A DNA stretch of 64,000 bases from Bacteroidales bacterium (lineage in GTDB: Bacteria; Bacteroidota; Bacteroidia; Bacteroidales; UBA932). The position numbers were made by a program, and so were the translations under genes. The notes beneath the pieces were generated by a model. The model saw only the letters and a list, made by a program, of their open reading frames with translations. It was not told the DNA's origin and did not search any database. The DNA is taken from positions 9,765-73,764 of the forward strand of contig JAFQGK010000065.1 of assembly GCA_017398335.1 (NCBI GenBank), written 5' to 3'. Below, in pieces: positions 1 through 9,254 of the stretch. Every line of letters starts with the position of its first letter. The first letter of the stretch is position 1.

Positions 1-240
1 GATCGAGAAATCGAACTCATAAGACTGGATAGCTCCTGCGTTGACTCCTTTGCCTTTACCGAATCCTGCCTGAATGGCTCTGCCTTCGTATGTCTTGAAC
101 AGGTAACCCTTGTATACCACGAAATTAAGTTCTCCTGCCTTTACTCCTTCTCCGAATACGAAATAGAACTTGAAGAAGATGAATGCGGCAAGTGCCAATG
201 CTGCAAGCAGTGTCAGTGATCCCAAAATTTTCCCTTTCAT
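1..240 (-). CDS. Conserved Bacteroidota membrane-anchored hypothetical protein, partial (runs off the window edge)
   Basis: Manual translation from ATG at 240: MKGKILGSLTLLAALALAAFIFFKFYFVFGEGVKAGELNFVVYKGYLFKTYEG..., open to position 1. N-terminal TM helix; TAACTTTG -7 element at 255-262 (minus strand). Confidence 0.75.
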   Translation of the reverse strand, partial: MKGKILGSLTLLAALALAAFIFFKFYFVFGEGVKAGELNFVVYKGYLFKTYEGRAIQAGFGKGKGVNAGAIQSYEFDFSI

Positions 241-266
241 AATCTAAATTTTCACAAAGTTAATAA

Positions 267-596
267 TTATTCCAAAATCCCGGCACAATGCAGCAGGGCT
301 ATGAATGGTGTCTGTTGTCTTTTAATGTAGGGCTTGATATTGCCGGTGTGTATGTCTTCCCAGCCTTTGGCGATGTCATAGGCATGAATGAAATCCTTGG
401 CTGTCAGATATTCACCTTTTTCTGCACGTTTCGTGCCCGGTTTTCCTCCTTTCAGGAACAGGCAGTTCCCTACAAACGTTGCACGGAAGGATATTCCGGT
501 AATTGTTGTGATCTCATTGTGTTCCTTGACATAGCTGACTACAAGGTGCCATATCGCAGTCCCGTCAAGTCCTTTGAATTCATCCTTGATTCTCAT
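267..596 (-). CDS. Hypothetical protein (109 aa)
   Basis: ORF with its own minus-strand TATTTTTG -7 element at 616-623; no family recognised. Confidence 0.6.
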   Translation of the reverse strand: MRIKDEFKGLDGTAIWHLVVSYVKEHNEITTITGISFRATFVGNCLFLKGGKPGTKRAEKGEYLTAKDFIHAYDIAKGWEDIHTGNIKPYIKRQQTPFIALLHCAGILE

Positions 597-663
597 TTTC
601 CTGATTTAAGACACGCAAAAATAGTGAAATATTCAGTATCTTGGGCCCGGATTACAGTGTATT

Positions 664-2736
664 ATGACAAAGAAATTACAATTGACTATATTCTTTCTTC
701 TTACGCTCATTTGCAGTAATGTGTATGCGTCTGAAAATCAATCATTTGAAAGATGGCAAGATGATAAGTTCTCTATGTTCATCCATTTCGGTCTGTACTC
801 ACATCTGGGAGGTGTCTGGAACGGAGAGCCTGTGCGTCAGGGATATAGCGAGCAGATTCAGTCCTTTGCCGGAATATTCAGTGACTGGTATGCATCAGTT
901 GCCGATGATTTCAATCCTGTGAACTTCAATGCAGATGCTGTCGTGGCGTTGGCAAAGGATGCAGGCATGCGTTCTGTGGTCTTTACATCCAAGCATCATG
1001 ACGGATTCTGCATGTTCGATTCTGCAACGACGGATTATGATAGTGTTGACGCGACCCCGTCCGGAAGGGATTATGTGAGAGAACTGTCAGACGCCTGTGC
1101 CAGGGAGGGAATAAGGTTCGGACTCTATTTTTCGCTGATTGACTGGCATTGTCCGTATGCCTTTCCTATATCAAGTCATAATGCGGATTTCATAACGGAA
1201 CAGCATCATGAACTGAACAAAGCTCAAGTAAGAGAACTTCTCACTTCATATGGACCTGTATCCGAACTATGGTTCGACATGGGTGCTCTTACCCCAACGC
1301 AGAGCCAGGAACTGTATTCTCTGGTAAAGGAAATCCAGCCGGAATGTATGGTGAGCGGCAGATTGGGAAATGATGTGTATGACTTTGCCGTGATGGCAGA
1401 TAACAGGTTGCCGGAAAGACAGTTGCATGCTCCGTGGCAGAGTGCGGCTTCAATGTTTCCCGAGACTTGGAGCTGGAGGAGCTGGCAGGAGAGGGGAGAT
1501 GTCGGTACGAAGGTCAGCGAGAAACTCAAAAGTCTGACGGATGTAGCCTCAAGGGGCGGAAACTATCTTCTGAATATCGGTCCCCAATCTGACGGAAGCG
1601 TGGTGCCGTTTGAGCGTGAGGTACTCATGCTAATGGGTCTGTGGCTCAAGGAAAACGGTGATGCCGTGTATGGTACTTCTCCTTCTCCATACAGGAATCT
1701 CTTCGATTGGGGGTGTGTTACTGTAAAAGGCAACAGAATGAACCTGATCCTTACCGGAGTATACCCTGAAGATGGGAGGATTGTCTTGCCAGTGAAAGGA
1801 TATCATGTGAAATCCTGCTGTACCAAGGGAGTCGGATGTATTCAAAGGAAGGAGATTCTGGAACTGCAGATAGGAAAGGATATGTTCGCAGACATGGCTG
1901 CCCCTTCCGTCATACGGCTTGACTTCGATAAGGATATAGAGCCTTTCGAGGTTTTTGCACCTCTTGATGCTTCGGCCGTTCTGGCGTGGGATAATGCTGC
2001 ACCCGACTACAGCTATTCCTGTTTCGACTATTACAGCAATTACCGCAGTACCGTGGGATATAACTGGGTGATTTCCGGCAGGAAGAAAGTATCTTCTTTT
2101 GAAATCATATATACTCAGGATGAGATAGGCAGAAAGTTGCTTCTGGAGGTTGGGAATGAGAGAATTCCAGTTGAGCTCGACGGAATGGAAGCTGCTGTCG
2201 ATATTCTTGAAGCGGATGTCCGGGACGTCATAATATCGCCAATCAGGGGAGGAGTGTTCGATCGTCCTTCTTCGTGGGCAGACTTTGATTGGCAATCGTT
2301 TACCGGTGAGGCACCGGAAACTGTGTCTTTTGCATCCCGTCCGTTCACAAATTATCTTTTGACTGCGGAAGTTGTCATGCAGTCAGAAGGATATACGCTT
2401 CTTGATGTGTACTCAGGAAACGGCGTGGAACTCATTGTCAATGGAGAACCGATGATGAAACATCTTAATCCCTATCGTTCCCTTCTTCATAAGGAAAGCG
2501 TGCTTCTATATCTTCAGAAAGGGAAAAATCAGGTTGCCGTCAGGTCGTATAACCGTTTTGAAAAGGTCGCTTCGGCTATGGTCGGATCAGGCGAAGGCAA
2601 GTTGTTCAGGAATGTGGTCACTCTCCCGGCTTCAGTACCGGCATCTTCCGGTTTGAAAGTACGTATAAGTGCTCTCGATAGAACATCGTCTCATTCAGAC
2701 TGTCTGCTTCACAATATCCGTTTGAAAGCTGATTGA
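664..2736 (+). CDS. Secreted alpha-L-fucosidase-like protein (GH29) with C-terminal beta-sandwich domains
   Basis: Signal peptide; GH29 motifs MFIHFGLYS, KHHDGF, ELWFD (nucleophile), GGNYLLNIGP. Confidence 0.85.
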   Translation: MTKKLQLTIFFLLTLICSNVYASENQSFERWQDDKFSMFIHFGLYSHLGGVWNGEPVRQGYSEQIQSFAGIFSDWYASVADDFNPVNFNADAVVALAKDAGMRSVVFTSKHHDGFCMFDSATTDYDSVDATPSGRDYVRELSDACAREGIRFGLYFSLIDWHCPYAFPISSHNADFITEQHHELNKAQVRELLTSYGPVSELWFDMGALTPTQSQELYSLVKEIQPECMVSGRLGNDVYDFAVMADNRLPERQLHAPWQSAASMFPETWSWRSWQERGDVGTKVSEKLKSLTDVASRGGNYLLNIGPQSDGSVVPFEREVLMLMGLWLKENGDAVYGTSPSPYRNLFDWGCVTVKGNRMNLILTGVYPEDGRIVLPVKGYHVKSCCTKGVGCIQRKEILELQIGKDMFADMAAPSVIRLDFDKDIEPFEVFAPLDASAVLAWDNAAPDYSYSCFDYYSNYRSTVGYNWVISGRKKVSSFEIIYTQDEIGRKLLLEVGNERIPVELDGMEAAVDILEADVRDVIISPIRGGVFDRPSSWADFDWQSFTGEAPETVSFASRPFTNYLLTAEVVMQSEGYTLLDVYSGNGVELIVNGEPMMKHLNPYRSLLHKESVLLYLQKGKNQVAVRSYNRFEKVASAMVGSGEGKLFRNVVTLPASVPASSGLKVRISALDRTSSHSDCLLHNIRLKAD

Positions 2737-2746
2737 TTATTTAAAT

Positions 2747-2778
2747 TTTGGCGATTCTATAAAAAATAGCTAAATTTG
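2747..2778 (+). promoter_or_regulatory. Bacteroidetes sigma-A promoter (-33 TTTG / -7 TAAATTTG)
   Basis: TTTG at 2747-2750, 20-nt spacer, TAAATTTG at 2771-2778, upstream of the lipoprotein gene. Confidence 0.7.
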
Positions 2779-2861
2779 CCTTAATTGTGCGGTATCGTAT
2801 TCGTAAGAATGTGGTGTCTATTTGCAAGTAGCTGATTGTTAATGATTTATATATTTTAACT

Positions 2862-4682
2862 ATGAATAAACGCCTTGGCCTTACTGTCTTAGCAACAGTT
2901 TTATCTCTTTGTGGATGCAAGGTAAATCCGATTGACGCAGGTGAACAGACCAAGCTGAATGTTGTCTTGTATGAAGGTGCTGTAGAACTGGCCGACAAGA
3001 AGTTCGGCATGTATTATGGCGACAAATATGGAAATGAAACAGGTGTGTATTATGTGGTTCTGAGTGATGCGATGTGCTATCGCTCGGGATTCGGCAAGCC
3101 TTATATGGATTCTGAAGGTGATATGCTGGTGCTGGAATTCAACGGACCTCTTCCTGAAGATGACTATAATCCTACAATACCTAACGGAACGTATGTCGTG
3201 GGAACAGAAGGCCAGACTCTTGTCAATCCTCAGAATTCATATGTGCAGCGTTTCTCCGGCAATATCCAGAGCCGCTACAGAATCGTTTCCGGTTCTGTGA
3301 CAGTAGGAACGTCCCAGACTGGCGGATATGATATCTATACTACCGATCTGGTTATTGAAAAAGCCGGGATCGAATATGCTGTCAGATATTCCTACAACGG
3401 TGACATCCTCCTGCAGGATTATAAACTGGTGGCACCTTCTCTTATCGGTCTTAAGGAGGATGTCATAGATGTTCCATACGATGTAGCCGAGGGCGGTTAT
3501 TACGGCAATATTTACGGCTATGGTACTGCAAACTATATGGTTACCTTGAGTACCAGAGGCTTTTCAGATGATACAAGTAATCAGCTTCCGGGCATGATGC
3601 TGGTTCTCAATCTTTTTGACGAAATACCTAAGGGAGATGACAAGAAGATCATTATCACTCCCGGCGAATACAAAGTGCAGACTTATATGAATGCAGCCGT
3701 AGGCACAATGTTATACGGACTGACAATGACAGCATCTTCTGGCGCAAGTTCTCCTTTCGGTACGTTCTTCTATCAGATAACAGCCAATGGTCAGGAGTCG
3801 ATAGAGTATATAGACGCAGGTACGTTGATTGTCGATCATGATGATGATGCGGATGGAGACGGAATCTATAAATATACATTCGACTATGATTTCCAGTCAT
3901 CTTCTTCCGGAAGGTCGTATACTGGACAATGGATAGGTGAGGTGCCGATTTCAGACCTCTCGACAGATTCGGACAGGGTCATTCTCTCTACCCTTGAGGA
4001 TGATGTCATGTGTGATATGTCTAAGATAGAGACAGGTACACTTTCCAAGGTCGAGACACTTAAATCAACTTTGAATACTCCGGAATCTCCTAGCTTCGAT
4101 CTCAAGACCGTGTGGCAGCTTCATCTTCAGCCTCGAGACTGGACAGCGGATGAAAAGAATAATTATGAATGGGATGACCGTCTTGATGTCTGGTGTCCTG
4201 ACGGAGACTGTATGGTGCTCGAATTCATCCTTCCAGTGGACTCTAATGGAGAAATCGCTCCTAGACCAAATTATGAATATGTCTATACGATTCAGCCTAA
4301 TTGTTCGATAGATGATCCTGAAAACTCGATGTCCTGCAGCCAGATGGGACGCCCTTATGACGATCTCTTCCATCCAGAGACAGCTGCATACTGGGGATAT
4401 ACGAAGTACAGCTGGTTCCCTAAGGAGTTTGACTACTGCAACGCGAGAAGAGGCTTTACCTGGGACGGATGGTTCAGAGGTGTATGGTACTATCATTTGC
4501 GTACAGGCAAGTATTTTGATATGGATGAAAATGCACCTGCAGTTTTCGGTACAGTCAAGGTAATGAGAAATGGAAATATATATTCCATTGTCTGGGATCT
4601 TCTGGATGATGCTGAGGCTCCAAATAAGATCCAGGGTGAATGGAAAGGACAGATCAGACGCGCAGTCAATATTGAAGAATAA
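2862..4682 (+). CDS. Hypothetical lipoprotein with about three internally repeated beta-rich domains
   Basis: Lipobox LCGC; repeated motifs YYGDKYG/YYGNIYG and MLVLEF/MLVLNL/MVLEF. Confidence 0.75.
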   Translation: MNKRLGLTVLATVLSLCGCKVNPIDAGEQTKLNVVLYEGAVELADKKFGMYYGDKYGNETGVYYVVLSDAMCYRSGFGKPYMDSEGDMLVLEFNGPLPEDDYNPTIPNGTYVVGTEGQTLVNPQNSYVQRFSGNIQSRYRIVSGSVTVGTSQTGGYDIYTTDLVIEKAGIEYAVRYSYNGDILLQDYKLVAPSLIGLKEDVIDVPYDVAEGGYYGNIYGYGTANYMVTLSTRGFSDDTSNQLPGMMLVLNLFDEIPKGDDKKIIITPGEYKVQTYMNAAVGTMLYGLTMTASSGASSPFGTFFYQITANGQESIEYIDAGTLIVDHDDDADGDGIYKYTFDYDFQSSSSGRSYTGQWIGEVPISDLSTDSDRVILSTLEDDVMCDMSKIETGTLSKVETLKSTLNTPESPSFDLKTVWQLHLQPRDWTADEKNNYEWDDRLDVWCPDGDCMVLEFILPVDSNGEIAPRPNYEYVYTIQPNCSIDDPENSMSCSQMGRPYDDLFHPETAAYWGYTKYSWFPKEFDYCNARRGFTWDGWFRGVWYYHLRTGKYFDMDENAPAVFGTVKVMRNGNIYSIVWDLLDDAEAPNKIQGEWKGQIRRAVNIEE

Positions 4683-4689
4683 ATATATT

Positions 4690-5151
4690 ATGGAAAGAAC
4701 ATTGGTTATTCTTAAGCCCGGATGTCTTCAGAGAGGACTTGTCGGCGAAGTTATTTCAAGATTCGAAAAAAGGGGTCTAAAGCTGGTTGCCATGAAGATG
4801 GTGCAGCTGACAGACGAGATGTTGGATGTTCATTATGCCCATCTTAAGGAGAAACCTTTTTTTCAGTGGCTCAAGGATGGAATGATGGCCGCACCTGTAA
4901 TCCTCTGCTGCTGGGAAGGTTACAGCGCAGTTCAGGTTGTCAGGGATATGGCTGGTGCTACAAGAGCAAGCAAGGCAGTTCCTGGCACAATCAGAGGCGA
5001 TTATAGTGTCAGCGCACAGGAGAATATCGTGCACACATCTGACTCGCTTGAAAATGCTGAGATCGAGCTTAAGAGATTCTTTGTGGATTCTGACTATTGC
5101 GATTATCCGTCACCGCTGAATCAGTACAAGTATGCTCCAGATGAAATGTAA
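4690..5151 (+). CDS. ndk: Nucleoside-diphosphate kinase
   Basis: MERTLVILKP, PGTIRGD and the NIVHTSDS catalytic-His motif. Start moved to the ATG at 4690. Confidence 0.95.
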   Translation: MERTLVILKPGCLQRGLVGEVISRFEKRGLKLVAMKMVQLTDEMLDVHYAHLKEKPFFQWLKDGMMAAPVILCCWEGYSAVQVVRDMAGATRASKAVPGTIRGDYSVSAQENIVHTSDSLENAEIELKRFFVDSDYCDYPSPLNQYKYAPDEM

Positions 5152-5160
5152 ATCAATGTA

Positions 5161-6642
5161 ATGATGATAAAATCGTTGTGTACAATCCTGTTGACGGTCG
5201 GTCTTCTGACAGGATGTGCCTGCAGTAATGATACAGCTGTCTCTGAAAATTCCGGGACAGCTGTTCTTTGTGATAAGGTCCTTCCGATCACAGGCACGTT
5301 TGTAAACCTTGCATATCAGGATGTCAGGAACAAGTATACGAACCCTGTATCATCCGATATGACCGATCCTTTGCTATGGCAGGCCAAGGTAAAGGAAATG
5401 AAAGAGTTCGGTGTAGAGTATATTGTCTTTATGGCTGTGGCCAATGAGGGTAGGGCCTACTATCCATCCTCCTTGATGCCATGGCATTACCCGGAAACAA
5501 GGACCAGTCCGGTGGATGCGATAATGGACGCTGCTGCTGATTGCGGTATCAAGGTGTTCATGAGTACGGGTTGGGCTGTGGACCAGGATGACAACCTCAG
5601 GATACCCGCCATAAAGAACAGACAGATCGAAATGATGACGGAACTTGCAGGGCTATATAAGAATCATCCGGCATTGTATGGATGGTATCTGCCTGTTGAG
5701 GATTGTCTTGGTCCCGTGCTGTCTGATTATGCCGTGAGTGCTGTGAATTCTCTTTCGCAGAAAGCAAGGCAGCTGACTCCGGATAAGAAGATACTTATTT
5801 CTCCTTATGGTATATTCAACTCCGATTTCTCCGATCCACGATATGCAGACCAGATATGCAGTCTGAAAGTCGATATCATTGCATATCAGGATGAGATAGG
5901 TTGCGTCCGTGAGGACTATCCTTTGACAAGGCTCAGAGATAACTGGAAGAAGCTGAGAGCTGTTCATGACAGATGCGGAATCGAGATGTGGGCCAATTGC
6001 GAGTCTTTTGCCTGGGAGGGAAATACAAACGACAGGACGTCTGCGCTGATTCCAGCGTCTTTCAGCCGATTGCTTTCCCAGCAGGCTGCTGCGACCGCAG
6101 GAGGGGCGGAAAGGATAATCTCCTTTATGATAACAGGCATATACGAACCGTCGTCATCTTCATATCGCCTAGGCCAGCCACATTGGTCAAATGTGGCGTA
6201 TGATGATTATATGGCATGGAAATCAGGAGACAGATATTGGTCTGTTGTCGAAGCATCTCTGACAGGACGTTACGGCCCTTTGGCAACCGAGGATTTCCGT
6301 GACCCAAGATGGAGATTTTATGAGGCAGACGAATCTTTGATCCATGATATGGGAGAGGAAACGACATTGAAATCAGTGCTTGTCCGTATGCTTCATTCAA
6401 GAAAGGATAAGATACTTCCACCGTCTTTATTGTCGCTTTATACCAGCATGGACGGTGAAAACTATACTCTCAGACAAATCTTATCTTGTCCGGCGTTCCC
6501 TAACGACAGACATGATACTTTCGTTGATAATGTATATCTGGATAAATTCGAACCAGTCTCTGCACGATATGTAAAGATATCTTTCAATGCAGATTCAAGA
6601 GCTGCATTTGACAGACTGGTAATAAATCCCGATCTTGATTAG
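5161..6642 (+). CDS. DUF4434-family TIM-barrel lipoprotein (putative glycoside hydrolase) with a C-terminal F5/8-like domain
   Basis: Lipobox LTGC; motifs ITGTF, YGWYLPVE, AYQD, WANCESF; paralogous to 9255-10337. Confidence 0.75.
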   Translation: MMIKSLCTILLTVGLLTGCACSNDTAVSENSGTAVLCDKVLPITGTFVNLAYQDVRNKYTNPVSSDMTDPLLWQAKVKEMKEFGVEYIVFMAVANEGRAYYPSSLMPWHYPETRTSPVDAIMDAAADCGIKVFMSTGWAVDQDDNLRIPAIKNRQIEMMTELAGLYKNHPALYGWYLPVEDCLGPVLSDYAVSAVNSLSQKARQLTPDKKILISPYGIFNSDFSDPRYADQICSLKVDIIAYQDEIGCVREDYPLTRLRDNWKKLRAVHDRCGIEMWANCESFAWEGNTNDRTSALIPASFSRLLSQQAAATAGGAERIISFMITGIYEPSSSSYRLGQPHWSNVAYDDYMAWKSGDRYWSVVEASLTGRYGPLATEDFRDPRWRFYEADESLIHDMGEETTLKSVLVRMLHSRKDKILPPSLLSLYTSMDGENYTLRQILSCPAFPNDRHDTFVDNVYLDKFEPVSARYVKISFNADSRAAFDRLVINPDLD

Positions 6643-7841
6643 AGTAGTCCCAGAACTTTGCTTCTGGACAACATACATGCTCCGATAGGGCCTCCTTTCT
6701 CTCCGAGTCTGGAGGTCTTTATCTTTGTGTCCTTGTTGATGATGTTGAGTGAGTGCTTCTGAATGGCGGCCTTTATCGGAAGCATGAGGTACTCTCTGGC
6801 TCCCGCCATCTTTCCGCCTATGACGACCAGTTCGGGATTGAATACGTTGATGATCCCGGCTATCGCTCTTCCCAGTACTCCACCTATTTCTTCAATGACC
6901 TCAATTGCAAGTACATCCTCTTCTTCAATAGCCATGAGTATGTCTTCAAGCATTATTTCCTGACCGCTATGGAACTTGTCCGCAAGTATGGATGCACGGC
7001 CTTCAGCAAGCCTCTCCATAAGGATTCTGTGCGCAGCATATCCGGAAGCTCCTGTCTCCAGACATCCTCTTTTACCGCATTGACAGATCTGGTCGTTGTT
7101 GAGCATAGGGAAGTGACCGATTTCGCCAGAGAATCCTGATTTACCGTATAGCAGTTTACCGTTCAGTATCATACCCATTCCAAGTCCCCAGGTGACATTG
7201 ATGAAAAGCATGTCCTTCTCATTCTTGCCTACTCCGCATATGTACTCACCGTATGTCATGGCTCTTGAGTCGTTCTCGACGAAAACCCTGCCGCCAAGTT
7301 CCTCCTCCATCAGAGAGGCTATCGGCCTGTCTTCACCGATGAAGTATGTAAAGCAATAGCCTGTTTCGTTGTTTACGCGACCGGAGAGATTGAGGCCATA
7401 TGCCAGGACCTCTTCCTCCTTGATGCCGGACTTCCTGATGTTATCCTTTATGATGGAGCATAGATTACGGAATGAATCGGCAGAACTCTCTACCTTGAAC
7501 GGAATGCTGTCTATGTAATCTACAATATCTCCCCTGAAGTCAGCTATCGCTATGCTGACATGGTGCCGTCTTACATCTGTGCCGATAAAATATCCGGCTG
7601 ATGCTTTAAGACCATATATGTTAGGCCTTCTTCCTCCATTCGTGTCCAGTTTTCCAAGGTCTTCCAGGAATCCTTCTTCAATCAATTCCTCTACAAGTTT
7701 GGTCGTGGTCGGTATGCTGGTGTTGAGTTCACGGCTCAAGTCAGCAATGCTGTAGCGCCCTTCTGTTACGCACAGACCAAGAATTTTCTTTTTAAGTAGA
7801 AAATTCTTGCTTTCAGAGCTATTCAGAAAAAAGTTTTTCAT
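6639..7841 (-). CDS. ROK-family transcriptional repressor (NagC/XylR-like)
   Basis: N-terminal HTH (SIADLSRELNTSIPTTTKLVEEL), GGRRP motif, ROK Zn motif GEIGH...CQCGKRGCLE. Confidence 0.92.
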   Translation of the reverse strand: MKNFFLNSSESKNFLLKKKILGLCVTEGRYSIADLSRELNTSIPTTTKLVEELIEEGFLEDLGKLDTNGGRRPNIYGLKASAGYFIGTDVRRHHVSIAIADFRGDIVDYIDSIPFKVESSADSFRNLCSIIKDNIRKSGIKEEEVLAYGLNLSGRVNNETGYCFTYFIGEDRPIASLMEEELGGRVFVENDSRAMTYGEYICGVGKNEKDMLFINVTWGLGMGMILNGKLLYGKSGFSGEIGHFPMLNNDQICQCGKRGCLETGASGYAAHRILMERLAEGRASILADKFHSGQEIMLEDILMAIEEEDVLAIEVIEEIGGVLGRAIAGIINVFNPELVVIGGKMAGAREYLMLPIKAAIQKHSLNIINKDTKIKTSRLGEKGGPIGACMLSRSKVLGLL

Positions 7842-9220
7842 TTGTTCCAGTATTCCTCAATTTCTTCAAGTGTCTTACCTGTGGTTTCCGGAATTACCTT
7901 CCACATTATGAGCATGTATGGAATGCACATTGCCGCAAACAGGAAGAAAGTGCCTGCCTGGCTCCAGCCGAGAAGTACAGGGGTAAGCTGGCCGATAAGG
8001 TATGTTCCTATCCATAATGCAAATCCGGCAATGGACATCGCACGTCCGCGTACGCTGTTTGGATACATCTCTGAAAGGAGTACGAAGACGATTGCGGAGA
8101 TGGATATTGCGCAGCAGAATACGTATGCAAGGAAGAAAGTGAGCATGAATCCGTTGCCGAGTCCGATCTGCGAGCCCCATGCGAAGTATATGCCGATTGC
8201 GAGCAGGCATAGGATCATTCCTGAGACTCCCCAATAAATCAGCTGCTTACGTCCGACGCGGTCGATGATGAATACGGCGAGAATAGTTGTTACCATATTC
8301 ACAATACCTACGAGGACTGTCGAGAACATAGGATTGTCAAATCCTGCCTCAGAGAATATCTTAGGTCCGTAGTAAAGCACAGCGTTCACACCCATGAACT
8401 GTCCGAGAATAGCTATCGCGCTACCAGCGATTACAGCGATGAGGATACCTGGCTTGAGCAGGTCTGACCATGCTCCATTGGTCTCACCCTTGAGCGAGTT
8501 CTGGGTTACTGTGATTTCTTCTGAGACTTCCTCTGATGTCGCATATATTCTGCTGAGAACAGCAGACGCCTTGCTAAGCTTATTGTTGATAATCAGCCAC
8601 TTAGGACTTTCAGGAATGAAGAATATGATGAAGAAGAAGAGTAGGGCCGGGATGGTTTCGCTTCCGAGCATTCCGCGCCATGCCTCTGTGTGCATGATCT
8701 TCTGCCAAAGGGTTACATTCCCTGTGATTGAATGGTCGATGTTTGCATCGATCACCCAGTTCATCAGGTAAGCCATCAGGAAGCCGATGGTAACTGCAAG
8801 CTGATATAGTGAAACAAGGGTACCGCGGATCTTTGCTGGCGACACCTCTGATATATATATAGGTGATACGATGGATACGATACCTATGCCGACTCCGCCG
8901 ATGATTCTGTATGCTACAAGGCCGTCAAAACTACCGCATACTGCGCATCCAATTGCTGAAATGCTGAAGAGTGCAGCTGAAATAAGCATGGTGAGTTTCC
9001 TGCCGAGGTAGTCGCTGAGTGTGCCTGCTACAAGAACACCGGCAATAGAGCCGATGAGAGCGCAGCCTACGTACCAGCCTTCAAGCATGTCGGTCAGTGC
9101 AAACTGTGTCTTGACCATTGCTGTGGTACCTGAAATTACAGCTGTGTCGTATCCGAAGAGGATTCCTCCGATGGCGGCAACCACCGCCATGAATATCACA
9201 TATCCTATTTTATTCTTCAT
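7838..9220 (-). CDS. MFS sugar porter (XylE/GalP-like sugar:H+ symporter)
   Basis: GGILFGYDTAVISG, YISEVSPAKIRG, PESPKWL and PETTGKTLEEI signatures. Confidence 0.93.
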   Translation of the reverse strand: MKNKIGYVIFMAVVAAIGGILFGYDTAVISGTTAMVKTQFALTDMLEGWYVGCALIGSIAGVLVAGTLSDYLGRKLTMLISAALFSISAIGCAVCGSFDGLVAYRIIGGVGIGIVSIVSPIYISEVSPAKIRGTLVSLYQLAVTIGFLMAYLMNWVIDANIDHSITGNVTLWQKIMHTEAWRGMLGSETIPALLFFFIIFFIPESPKWLIINNKLSKASAVLSRIYATSEEVSEEITVTQNSLKGETNGAWSDLLKPGILIAVIAGSAIAILGQFMGVNAVLYYGPKIFSEAGFDNPMFSTVLVGIVNMVTTILAVFIIDRVGRKQLIYWGVSGMILCLLAIGIYFAWGSQIGLGNGFMLTFFLAYVFCCAISISAIVFVLLSEMYPNSVRGRAMSIAGFALWIGTYLIGQLTPVLLGWSQAGTFFLFAAMCIPYMLIMWKVIPETTGKTLEEIEEYWNK

Positions 9221-9224
9221 AAGT

Positions 9225-9253
9225 CGTCATTGCCGGCGTTACCGGCAATCTCC
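9225..9253. repeat. CGTC-tagged REP-like palindrome
   Basis: CGTC-ATTGCCGG-cgtta-CCGGCAAT-CTCC fills the 34-bp intergenic gap. Confidence 0.65.
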
Positions 9254-9254
9254 A

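Noticed and set aside
288-719. 143-aa plus-strand ORF
   Set aside because: Overlaps both the promoter-supported minus-strand ORF and the GH29 start; no motifs.
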